Below, one piece after another: positions 12,810 to 23,118 of a stretch of 64,000 bases of DNA (positions are counted from its first letter, which is position 1; every line of letters begins with the position of its first letter). Origin of the DNA: Mobula hypostoma (Eukaryota). The notes beneath the pieces were generated by a model that did no database searches, was not told the DNA's origin, and worked only from the letters and a program-made list of their open reading frames with translations. A program made the translations under genes and the position numbers. The DNA is taken from NCBI RefSeq assembly GCF_963921235.1, contig NC_086097.1, forward strand, positions 77,192,001 through 77,256,000. Reading direction: 5' to 3'.

Positions 12810-13395
12810 CAACACACACAAAAATGCTGGAGGAACTCATAAGGTCAGGAAGCATCTATTGAAATGAATAAGCAGTCGACGTTTCAAACCGAGACGCTTC
12901 CTCAGGACTGAGAAGTAAGGGGGAACACACCAGAATAAAAAGGTGGGGGAGGGGAAGGAGACTAGCTGGAAGCTGATAGGTGAGGCCACGTGGGTGGAAG
13001 AGGTAAAGGGCTGGAGAATAATTAATCTGATAGGAGCCGAGAGTGAACTATAGAAGAAAGGGAAGGGCGAGGGAACTCGGGGAAGTGATAGGCCTCTGAG
13101 AAGAGGTAAAAGATTAGAGTGAGAAATGGGGGGGGCTGTTTACAGGATGGAAAAATCGATATTCATGCCATCAGATTGGAGGCCACCAGATGGGAATGTA
13201 AGGTGTTGCTCACCACCCTGAGGGTGGCCTCATCTTGGCACAAGAGGAGGTGATAGACTGACATGTTGGAACAGGAATGGGAATCGGAATTAAAATGTTT
13301 GGCCACCAGGAAGCTCTGCATGTGGCAAATGGAGCAGAGGTGTTCGACAAAGCAGCCCCCCAATTTATGACGGGTTTCACCGATGTAGAGGCCAT
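12810..13395 (-). mobile_element. Penelope-like element fragment (GIY-YIG endonuclease end + terminal repeat)
   Basis: ORF GLYIGETRHKLGGCFVEHL..VAKHFNS..DEATLR (GIY-YIG), a pyrimidine-rich UTR on the minus strand, a hammerhead motif, and the conserved GATGCT..CCTGACC..GAGTTCCTCCAGCATTTT end. Confidence 0.88.
12874..12909 (-). ncRNA. Minimal type I hammerhead ribozyme motif (Penelope-associated; stem II degraded)
   Basis: Minus strand AGTC-CTGAGGA-AGCGTCTCGGTTT-GAAAC-GTC-GACT: core CUGANGA and GAAA, GUC cleavage triplet, stem I AGTC/GACT. Confidence 0.7.
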
Positions 13396-13566
13396 ATGCC
13401 ATCCTAAGAAAGACCCAATTATTCCTCAACACAATGTTGGAAATCCAGAGCAATGCACACAATGCTGGAGGAACACAGCAGGTCAGGCAGCATCTATGGA
13501 AATGAATAAACGTAGTTGGTCAGCTATTCAGAATTGACAAGAAATTTTTTACACACAAGACTGAAT

Positions 13567-13816
13567 GCTTGGAATTGTGTACCTTAGAGAATTGTGGAAG
13601 TTTTGTTAGTGAGTATTTCAGGACAGCAAATGATTTATTTTTGATATTAAAGAAATCAAGAGCTATGGTGTTAGTACAGGAAAGTGACTGAGAGATAAAA
13701 CATGATCTTTCGGAATGGCAAAGCAGGAACAAAGGACATTATTGCATATTCTTGGATTGATTTTTCATGCTATTATTTCATATCTTGATTCACTGAGGAT
13801 TTATTAAAGATACAGC
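13567..13816 (+). repeat. 250-bp segment duplicated at 15674-15922 (old CR1 3'-end relic plus flank)
   Basis: GCTTGGAATTGTGTACC...ATTAAAGATACAGC occurs twice with only a handful of differences. Confidence 0.95.
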
Positions 13817-14429
13817 AAGTTAGAGGGATAGAGCAAAGATCATTCTGTAACCACAATACGACTGGTGGTAAAAAAAATCTCCCTGAACTTTTTGATAATT
13901 TTTAGAGAGAACTTGGTTAACAATTTTCAAAGTTGTAATCAAAGTTGCACACAATTGCCAAGGTGAAATCAACAACCAATCAGCAATTCTGATGAACTGT
14001 CATCCATCTTCCTATATGGTATGTTAAAGCAGATACCTGATGCAGACAAGTACATATTGGAGCAGATAGCTACTTGTGCATGGTAATTGCTTCATGATTA
14101 GCTCCCAACTAAGGTATAATAAACGTTTAGCGGTCCCCAGTATTTGACTGCCAGGAAATAGTAAAACCCTGTAAACCTGTACTTCTACAAGCCATGTGCA
14201 TCATTTAATCAATTTCCTATCTAATTATGGAGGTGCAGATAGTTAATCAGAATTTTGATGTTCATGCTCAGCCACATAACAGCTCATTGTAGTTTTGTCT
14301 TACTTGTAGCATCTATTGGCCTTACATTTTAACGCAGATTGCAAAATTTCCATTACTCTTACATTGCAAGGAGCATGATTTTTTTTGGCAGGAACAAACT
14401 ACACCATGGAAATCATAAACCCGACTGCA

Positions 14430-15175
14430 CAGGATCTGCAGGTAAAACTGAAATGTAGGGTCCTGAGGCCTCCACTCCCTACCACCCTCCTGTCTAATAT
14501 ACAGTCTCTAGAAACTAAAACTGAGGATCCCAGAAAAGACTGCAGTACCACAGGGACATCAGGGACTGATGTGTACTTGTTTCCCAGAGACATGGCTCAT
14601 CTATAGTACTTCAGCTTAAGGGCTTTACCTCTCTCAGTCCTGTTTGCCCAACCTGGAATATCTGGCGGCCAAGTGTCGTCCATTCTAGCTGCTCAGGGAG
14701 TTTTCTGCCATCATCCTGGTTGCAGTGTACATTCCATCCCTGGCCAACGTCGGGCTGGTACTGGAGGAGCTGAGTACTGTGATCCATGATCAGCAGTTAC
14801 AAGACAGCACACCTTTAAGCCTTCCTGATCATTGTGGGAGACTTTAACCACACCAGCTTAAAGAAATCTTTGACTAACTACTGCCAGCATATCACCTGTG
14901 GAAGCAGAAGAGCCAATATACTTGACCACCGTTAACCACCATCAGGTACGCTTACTGAGTTATCCTACACCTGTATCTTGGCAAGTTTGATCACCAGGAT
15001 GTACTTCTACTCCTGGCATGCAGGCAGAGACTGAGGACTGCAGCACTTGTGGAGAGGACCACTGAGGTATGATCAAGGAAGTTGGAGGAATGCTTACAGG
15101 ACTTGAGAATATACCAGATATACCCAAGACAAAAGCTGTGGATGAACCAGGAGATTTGCAGTCAGTTAATGCTGT
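14430..15175 (+). mobile_element. Rex1/Babar-type LINE, 5' part (endonuclease region); probably continues at about 18955-19400
   Basis: RPPLPTTLLSNIQSLETK, AVYIP, IVGDFN and WMNQEI-like motifs. A same-strand Rex 3' end follows at 18955-19400. Confidence 0.75.
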
Positions 15176-15190
15176 GTCGCTTGTGACCGG

Positions 15191-16264
15191 TGTTATAAGG
15201 ATCTATCTCTTAGTAACAATGATCTGAGAGGCACAGAGAAAATCTGTATTTACTAACAAGTAACCTTTATTGTCTCAACTAAAAAGCATGTGGGTTCACA
15301 AACTATGAAATAATCGTTGAAAGTGATGCTTTTTGTCATGTTTGTACTGACCAAAATAAATTTCATTCATTCATTCATTCATTCACTCATTCACAAACTA
15401 TCTGTGTGCACACTCACAGAATTCCCTGACCCTCCATGAGCAGTCGATGAAGAGAAAAGCTATTACCCGGGAAAGGAGTCTGTGCTGGCCACGCGTTCCT
15501 CGTGCTCCAGATCTCCACGTGTTCATGGGGTCGTCCTCATCCATACTGGTTGCTGAAGAATTATTGTCTTTACGTACTTGGAGCTGACTCTTATAGTGTT
15601 CCTCTTTGGGTACACTATTGGCTCCAGGTCACCTGACCTACCTGGGTCATCTTCTTACTGGCTCTAGTCCAGGGCTTGGAATTGTGTACCTTAGAGAATT
15701 GTGGAAGTTTTGTTAGTGAGTATTTCAGGACAGCAAATGATTTATTTTTGGATATTAAAGAAATCAAGAGCTCTGGTGTTAGTACAGGAAAGTGACTGAG
15801 ATAAAACATGACCTTGTGGAATGGCAAAGCAGGAACAAAGGACATTATTGCATATTCTTGGATTGATTTTTCATGCTATTATTTCATATCTTGATTCACT
15901 GAGGATTTATTAAAGATACAGCCAATATTCTTCTATGTTTTCTGCCCCCCCCCCGCCCTATTCCTTTCAGCTCTGACTGGTTCAAACAGTCAAAACCAGG
16001 TGACCTAAACACTGAGTCTAATCAGATTACAGATCATGTTTGCCACTTTACAGAATAAATAGCTACTCATCTGAGAGCAGTCTCCGGTTTAGCAGCTGAA
16101 CCTTGTGTCCACATTCAATTGCTCTAATTAGATTATCCCAGAGCAAGAATCAGTTTAGAGTTCACAAAATGGAGGTGGGGACAGACAATTGGTTCGTCTG
16201 CTCTCCCTCTCCTTGATTCATCAAAATCCACTGATTTGTATGCTGTAGTTCCTTCTGGCCAACA
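15191..16264 (-). mobile_element. 3' LTR of an endogenous retrovirus-like element (contains a 249-bp inserted duplicate and a CATT microsatellite)
   Basis: On the minus strand it begins TGTTGG directly after the purine tract AAGAAGAGGTAG and ends ATAACA (TGTT...AACA). TATA-like CTATAAGAG near 15590; AATAAA at 15266-15271. Lies just downstream of the env-like gene. Confidence 0.65.
15674..15922 (+). repeat. Second copy of the 13567-13816 segment, inside the putative LTR
   Basis: Direct sequence comparison. Confidence 0.95.
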
Positions 16265-16419
16265 ACTACCTCTTCTTGATCCAAAGATACTGGTTTTAGG
16301 ATCATTATCCTCCTCTCATTCTGTTGACTGCCCACAGGACTGCCATGGAACCCTAGTAGGTGTGCAACACTTATTCTATAAATAATACTAACATTTACTT
16401 ACTAAATTCAAATTCAACT

Positions 16420-17773
16420 TTATACCAACAACTGTCTCTGCTGTTTCACAAAAGCATTATCCTCTAATTTTTGCATTATTTCAGCCTTCCACCTTCTCAG
16501 TTGATATGCATTAAGCATTATAATTATCAGTGTATATAAAATTAGTGTTATAGCAGCAGACGATACTATTCTCTCCCACAGATGTATTTGAACATTTGTT
16601 CCCCAATTCCAAAACTTACTCCAAAAGCCTGGGTCTCACTCAATATTTCATTTGCCTTGCCAGCGCGTGTTTTAATTACTTTAGTGTGTTTAGTCCACTG
16701 ATGGATTATGTCCTTTGCCTCCTCCATAACACGTGTCCAATCTGAAGTCAAGTGAGAAATTGGTGGCAACTCAGCAGCAACATAGTCCCACAGGTATCTA
16801 TCTGTATCAGTGTGTTGGTTCTTGAAGTTCTCCTTCATTGCTGTGTCGTGCTGGCTGAGGCAAAGTTTGTCCTCCAATGGCCAGATCAAAACCAAAGTCT
16901 GTATGGCGACATTGTGACTTTCCAAAGGGTATTGTTTCCATCCCTTGGTATAACTTGTGGTGACTGTTACTACGTAATACGTCTGTCCCACCAATGCATA
17001 TTGTAAGAAAAACTGATTATTCACAGGCAACATAGACAATGAACAATTTTCATGAGTGCCACAATTTGTAAGTTTCTGTTTTGTTGTTTCTTCTAGACAA
17101 GACCAATGGTCTCCCCCTTGATAACATCTTGAAAAATCTATCCCTTTTCTAGTACCATTCATAACAATAGCATGTGTTGGTGGGTTATTTAGGGATTTAT
17201 AAGAGTATTCTCGTGTTATTTACCAACATTGTGAACTCTTTTCACTCTGCATCCCCCCCCCACCTGCCCCCGCCCCCATACAATGTTATCTTGTGTACAG
17301 TTAATAATCAAAGCATCCTTTGGAAAATACTTGGCTATAACCACCTCAATAGGTATTTCGAGTGAATCACTGCTCCAACTCACATTCACTTGAGTGTGAT
17401 CCCACAGAACTGTAAACTTACCATGGACATCATTAACTAAGGGCTGTTCAGTAAATGGACCTAAAAACGCTATTGTTCCCTACTGGGATATTTGATATGA
17501 ACTTTCACCTTTGTAAATGTATTCTTTTACCCTCAGATATATCCCACATTTGGCTGTCTTCTCACCATCCTGTACAGGTGAGCAATCATCTACAAAGCAT
17601 AAATAATTTTTCCTTTGTTTGTCTTGGTTCTCCGATATTGCTTTCTGATCATGTTCCACCACCTCCCATTATTATTCGATACAAATGGTCCCTTAGGATC
17701 ATTTGTTATCGTATCCTGATGCCCATGTGGTTCTCCAGTACAATAAAAATATCTGCAAGGAAGGTAGAAACAT
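16420..17773 (-). pseudogene. Decayed retroviral-type env (class I fusion glycoprotein; foamy/lokiretrovirus/F-like)
   Basis: Reconstructed across stops and frameshifts: MFLPSLQIFLLYWRTTWASG (signal-like) ... GKFTVLWDHTQVNVSWSSDSLEIPIEVVIAKYF..INCTQ ... VHNVGK ... PPTHAIVMNGTRKGIDFSRCYQGGDHWSCLEETTKQKLTNCGTHENCSLSMLPV ... heptad-like helix ... FWSKFWNWG ... TM IVSSAAITLILYTLIIIMLNAY-QLRRWK ... stop at 16420-16422. Confidence 0.8.
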
Positions 17774-17789
17774 TAATACCCTTTTACAT

Positions 17790-18836
17790 AGAGCATAGAC
17801 CATAGAAATCTACAGCACATTACAGGCCTTGTAACCTGTCGACTATGTAACCTACTCTAGAAACTGCCTCGAATTACCCTACTGCATAGCCCTCTATTTT
17901 TCTAAGCACCATGTACCTCTAAGTCTCTCAAAAGACCCTATTGTATCCGCCTCCACCACCGTCGCTGGCAGTGCATTCCAGTGCACCACTCTGTGCGAAA
18001 AACTTGCTCCTGACATCTCCTCTGTACCTGCTTACAAGCACCTTAAAACTATGCCCCCTCCTGTTAGCCATTTCAGCCCTGGGAAAGAACCTCTGGCTAT
18101 CCACATGATCAATGCCCCTCATCATCTTGTACACCTCCATCAGGTCACTTCTATCCTGTCGCTCCCAGGAAAAAAGGCCAAGTTCACTCAACCTATTCTC
18201 ATAAGGCACACTCTCCAATCCAGGCAAAATCCTTGTAAATCTCCTCTGCACTCTTTCTATAGTATCCATTTCCTTCCTGTAGTGAAGTGACCAGAACTGA
18301 ACACAGTACTCCAAGTGGGTCTGACCAACATCTTATATGAACCACTTCACACTTATCTGGGTTGAAATCCATCTGCCACTTCTCAGCCCAGTTCTGCATC
18401 CTACTGATGACCTGCTGTAACCTCTGACAACCCTCCAGACTATCCACAACACCCCCAACCTTTGTGTCATTAGTGAACTTACTAACCCACCCTTCTACTT
18501 CCTCATCCGGGTTATTTATAATAATCACAAAGAGGAGGGGTCCCAGAACTGATCCCTGTGGAACACCACTGGTCACCGTCCTCCATGCAGAATACGAACC
18601 ATCTACCACTACCCTTGCCTTCTGTGGGCAAGCCAGTTCTGGATCCACAAACAAGGTCTCCTTGGATCCCATGCCTCCTTACTTTCTGAATGAGATTGTA
18701 TTGGGAACCTTATCAAATGCCTTACTGAAATCCATATACACTACATTCACCGCTTTACCTTCATCAATTTGTTTTGTTACATCCTCAAAGAATTCAATCA
18801 GGCTGATAAGGCACGTCCTGCCCTTGAGAAAGTCAT
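17790..18836 (-). mobile_element. CR1 LINE, 3' fragment with internal deletion, inserted just upstream of the env
   Basis: VTSGVPQGSVLGPLLF, KFTNDTKVGG and EYCVQFWSLHYRK motifs; tail TTCTATGGTCTATG. Confidence 0.93.
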
Positions 18837-18954
18837 ACAACTATACCTCAACCTTGCAATGTCGGGGCTGACTAACCAAGTCACTTTAATTTAAACATCC
18901 AGCAGCAGCTTAATAAACATGTTCTATATAAAAATATGATCAGGATATAGATTA

Positions 18955-19400
18955 TGGTGCCACAGAGATCATTCTGACCGGTTGCATCATCTGGTATGGA
19001 GGCACCAATGCTCAGGCTTAGGAAAAGCTGCAGAAGGTTGTAAACTCAGCCAGCTCCATCATGGGCACCAGCTTCTCCACCATTGACGACATCTTCGAAA
19101 AGTGATGCCTCAAGAAGATGCCATCCAAGACATGCCCTCTTTCATTACTACCATCAATGAGGAGACACAGGAGCTAGCAGATGCATTTTCAATGTTTTAG
19201 GATAACTTCTTTCTCTTTGCCATCAGATTTCTCAGCAGTCCATGAACACTACATTACTTTGCTCTCTGTTGGTACAATATATTTATTTTTTTATATACTA
19301 TCATAATTTATACTAATTTTATGTATTGCACTGTCACAAAAATCAAATTTCATGACATATGCCAGTGATAATAAGGCTGAAAATTTAATTCTGATTCTGA
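18955..19400 (+). mobile_element. Rex1/Babar-type LINE, 3' fragment
   Basis: ILTGCI..WYG..KLQKVVNSASSIMGT-like sequence; tail GATAATAA..CTGATTCTGA. Confidence 0.75.
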
Positions 19401-19726
19401 AATATGGATTTGGGAGCATTGGAGGCTGTCGGGGTGGGTGGTGATGTTTCAATCCCTTGTAGAATGCATTAAGCTCATAAGGAAAAGATGCTCTGTTGTT
19501 GGTGATGCTTCTTGACTTCATTTTGTAGCCTGTTATAACTTGTAGACCTGCCAATACAGACAGCTGGTTGGTACTCAATCTTAGACTAGATTTTTTAAAA
19601 AAAAGATTAGGTTTAGCTGTATTTGTCTCATGTACATCAAATAACAGTGAAATGCATCATTTGCATTAACGACCAACACAGTCTGAGGATTGTGCTGGGG
19701 GTGGCCCACAGTGTTGCCATGCTAAT

Positions 19727-20053
19727 GATTCGGATAACAAAATTGATGGTTTAGTGGCCAAGTTTGCAGATGATACTAAGATAGATGGAGGGGCAGGTAG
19801 TGCTGAGGGAATCTGCATTACTTAAACAGATTAGGAAAATGGGCAAAGAAGTGGCAGATGGAATATAATGTAGGGAAGTGTATGGTCAGGCACTTTGGTA
19901 AAAGGAATAAAGGCATAGGCTATTTTCTAAATGGGAAGAAAATGCAGAAATCAGAGATTCAAAGAGACTTGGGTGTCCTTGTGCAGTATTCCCTAAAGAT
20001 TAACTTGTAAATTGAGTCGGTGGTAAGGAAGAGAAATGCAATGTTAGCATTCG
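19727..20053 (+). mobile_element. CR1 LINE RT fragment
   Basis: AAGTTTGCAGATGATACTAAG (KFADDTK), WAKKWQMEYNVGKC and QRDLGVLV. Confidence 0.85.
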
Positions 20054-20734
20054 TTGTTTCCAGAGGTTTCAGTATTGGATTTACATTAGCTGCCTTGACC
20101 CCAGATCTTAAATTCCTCCCTTAACACCTCCGTTTTAATTATAGGGAGCAAACTATTCAGCCCACTGCATTCATCCTGACCAGTGGGTACTCATCTACAT
20201 TAATCACACATGGCTTGTAGCTTTCTATCCCTAGGTGATTCAATTGTTAATATGGACACTTCTTAAATGGTGACAGCAAATCTGCTTCCACCACTATCTC
20301 CGGCAGCACATTCCAGGTATTCACCACTCCAAGTGAAGCAAGTTTCTCTCACATCTCCTTTCAGTATCTTATCCCTAAGCTTAAAACTATATCTTCAACT
20401 TTTATGCTCCTTAATCTTCCTCCATCCTTCCTGACACTTCTTTCTGTAGGTTAGTGTCAATAATGGAGGTAGCAAATAAACAAAATGGTTTTGACAAGGT
20501 ACCTTCAACAATAATGTGAGTGCTTTACAGCACTTTTTAAAATGTATTTTATTTGTTTTTGCACTATTTTAATCTATTCAATATACACACATATATATAC
20601 TTAATATAATCAATTTACTTATTTTTTGCCCTTTCTATATTTTCATGCATTGCATTGAACTGCTGCTGCTGCTGCGTTAGTAAATTTCATGACACATGCT
20701 GCTGATAATAAACCTGATGCTGATTACAGAGTTA

Positions 20735-21362
20735 TGATGTGGATGTGGTGAGGACCTGCAAGTACCTGGGGATGCTCCTGGAAGACAGACTTGAGTGGAG
20801 CACCAACACAGAGACCGTGTACAAGAAGGGCCAGAGCCACTTCTACTTCCTGAGGAGACTGAGGTCCTTTGGAGTACACAGGCCTCTCCTTCACATGATC
20901 TACCAGTCTGTTGCCACCAGTACAATCTTCTATATGGTGGTGTGGTGGGGTAATGGCATCACCCACGGTGATGCCAAAAGGCTCAATAAACTGATTAGAA
21001 AGGCTGTTATAGGAGTCAAACTCGACACACTGTAGGCTGAGCCTACAAAAAATCCTGGCAATTCTGGGCAACGTTTCTCACCCTCTGCATGCCACCTTGG
21101 CTGAACAGAGAAGCACTTTTAGTCATAGACTGAGGCAACTGTGCTGCTCCAAAAAGCACTATGAGGTCATTCTCACTCTCAGCCATTAGGCTCTAATATC
21201 AGTCAACCTATAGTTGGGGAAGTGATGAACCCCTCCTGTTGGGCTGTTTGAGTTAACTTATTTTTTAATTCTTTCTTACTTCTCTTCTAATATTTGTGCT
21301 CTTGTGATGCTACTATGACACTGTAGTTTCCTTTGTGATCAATAAAGTATCTATCTATCCAT
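20735..21362 (+). mobile_element. Rex1/Babar-type LINE, 3' fragment
   Basis: ORF KYLGMLLEDRLEWSTNTETVYKKGQSHFYFLRRLRSFGV; tail AATAAAGTATCTATCTATC. Confidence 0.85.
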
Positions 21363-21804
21363 GATAATTTAAGAAGTCCACTTAATACTTCATTAAACCC
21401 AAGCCCTCAACACAAATTGATCTACGTCAATTATAGAGAAAGAGAACTTTTGGTAGAGAGACACACAGAGGCAAGGGTTGAGGAACAATGGCATCTCATT
21501 GGGTTGTCAACCTGGAGATTACAGAAATAGACAAGGAATAAATAGAGATTTTAACACAAGGATTGGAATTGTAATGCCAAGACAGTTGTGTACTGGGCGT
21601 CAATGTTGGCTGTTGTCTGTATGTTGGCAGACACAAATTCATATATGGGCAGCAGTGTTTGGATTGTGCACAACGTTATCCTAAAAAGGTGATGACAATC
21701 GGGATTTGAGACAAGCAACAGACACAAAGGTTAGGACTTCAGTAGCAAATGAGCTGAGGAAGGGGTGGAAACCATTTAAAAAAAAAAGGTGGAATGAATG
21801 ATCA

Positions 21805-22560
21805 TAAACCACTACAGCACAGAAACAGGCCCTTTGGTCCTTCTAGTCTGTGCCAAGCCATTAATCTGACTAATCTCATCAACCCTCACCTGGTACATGG
21901 CCTTTCCTATCCATGTACCTACTCAAATTTCTCTTACATGTTGAAATCAATCCCACATGTTCCCCATTCACCCTTAACCCATGACCTCTAGTTGCAGACT
22001 CATTCTCCACTACACCGCAAAGCCAATCTAATCCAATTTACTATGGCATCTTGAATGCCAAGTGACTAAACCTATTAAATTAATTTCCCACATGGGAACT
22101 TGACAAAGGCCTTGCTAAAGTCCACGTGGACAACATCCACTGGCTTACCTTCATTAACAGTCCTGGAAATTTCCTCAGAAACCTTGGTTGCTAGAGAAAC
22201 CTCACGTTTTCTTTTTGCCCTCTTGCATTTGTTATTCTCAAGTACCTCATTTGTTCCTTCCTTCCTATACCTGCTATGCACCCCCTTTTTCTTAACCAGG
22301 GCCTCAATCTCTCAAAAACATATTTCCTAAAACTGTTATTCTTGTCTTTTATTCTGACAGGAACATACAAACACTATACTCTCAAAATGTCACTTTTGAA
22401 GGCCTCCTATTTACCAAGTACTGTAAACCTTTGTCAGAAAACAACCTGTCCCAATCCACACCTATCAGATCCTTTCAAATACCATTAAAATAAGCCTTTC
22501 TTCAATTTAGGATCTCAATCCTAGGACCAGACTGATCCTTCCAACTAACAACTTAAATGC
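21805..22560 (-). mobile_element. Fragmented CR1 LINE
   Basis: EGKPVDVVHVDFSKAF motif, plus a CR1 3' UTR (..GGCCTGTTTCTGTGCTGTAG) at the low-coordinate end. Confidence 0.7.
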
Positions 22561-22817
22561 ACAAGGGAGATGCATGTGTTCATCAGAATTTCACTCATTT
22601 CAGGGTGCTGGAGTGACAAGATCATGTTAGTTTGGAGGCAGGAGGCTGCAGAGGAATAGTGGGATGTGGAAAATGCTTCTGAAGAGGAGTTGAGGCCAAC
22701 ATAGGTCACTGCAATCATATTGAACGTTGGTACAAACTTCAGAGGCCTGTTGGCCCATTTCTGCTCCTGTTTTGTGTTCTTGTTGACAGGAGTACATAAT
22801 CCAGACCAATCCACTGA

Positions 22818-23118
22818 GTGCAAAACCACGTAGGTCCACCTACATATTCCATGTTCTTTAGTGTAGAACCATGTGGGCCCACTTATATATTCCATATTCT
22901 TTAGTGCAGAGCCGTGTGGGTCCACCTACGTATTCCATATTCCTTAGTGCAGAACCATGTGGGTTCAGCTGCATATTCCATATTCCTTAGTGCAGAATTG
23001 TGTTAGTCCACCTACATACTCCATATTCTCTAGTGCAGAACCATGTGGGTTTATCTACATATTCCATATTCCTTCATGCAAAACCATGTGGGTCCATCTG
23101 CATATTCTATGTTTCTTA
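22818..23118. repeat. Minisatellite, about 7 x 43 bp
   Basis: Unit GTGCAGAACCATGTGGGTCCACCTACATATTCCATATTCCTTA recurs at about 22818, 22861, 22904, 22947, 22990, 23033 and 23076. Confidence 0.92.

Noticed and set aside
16566..17162. 198-aa ORF as an intact, domesticated env (syncytin-like)
   Set aside because: It is a fragment with stops and frameshifts on both sides; the TM lies in another frame and the fusion peptide is missing.
22818..23118. Regular repeats resembling a CRISPR array
   Set aside because: The units are contiguous with no unique spacers, there are no cas genes, and the context is vertebrate. It is a minisatellite.
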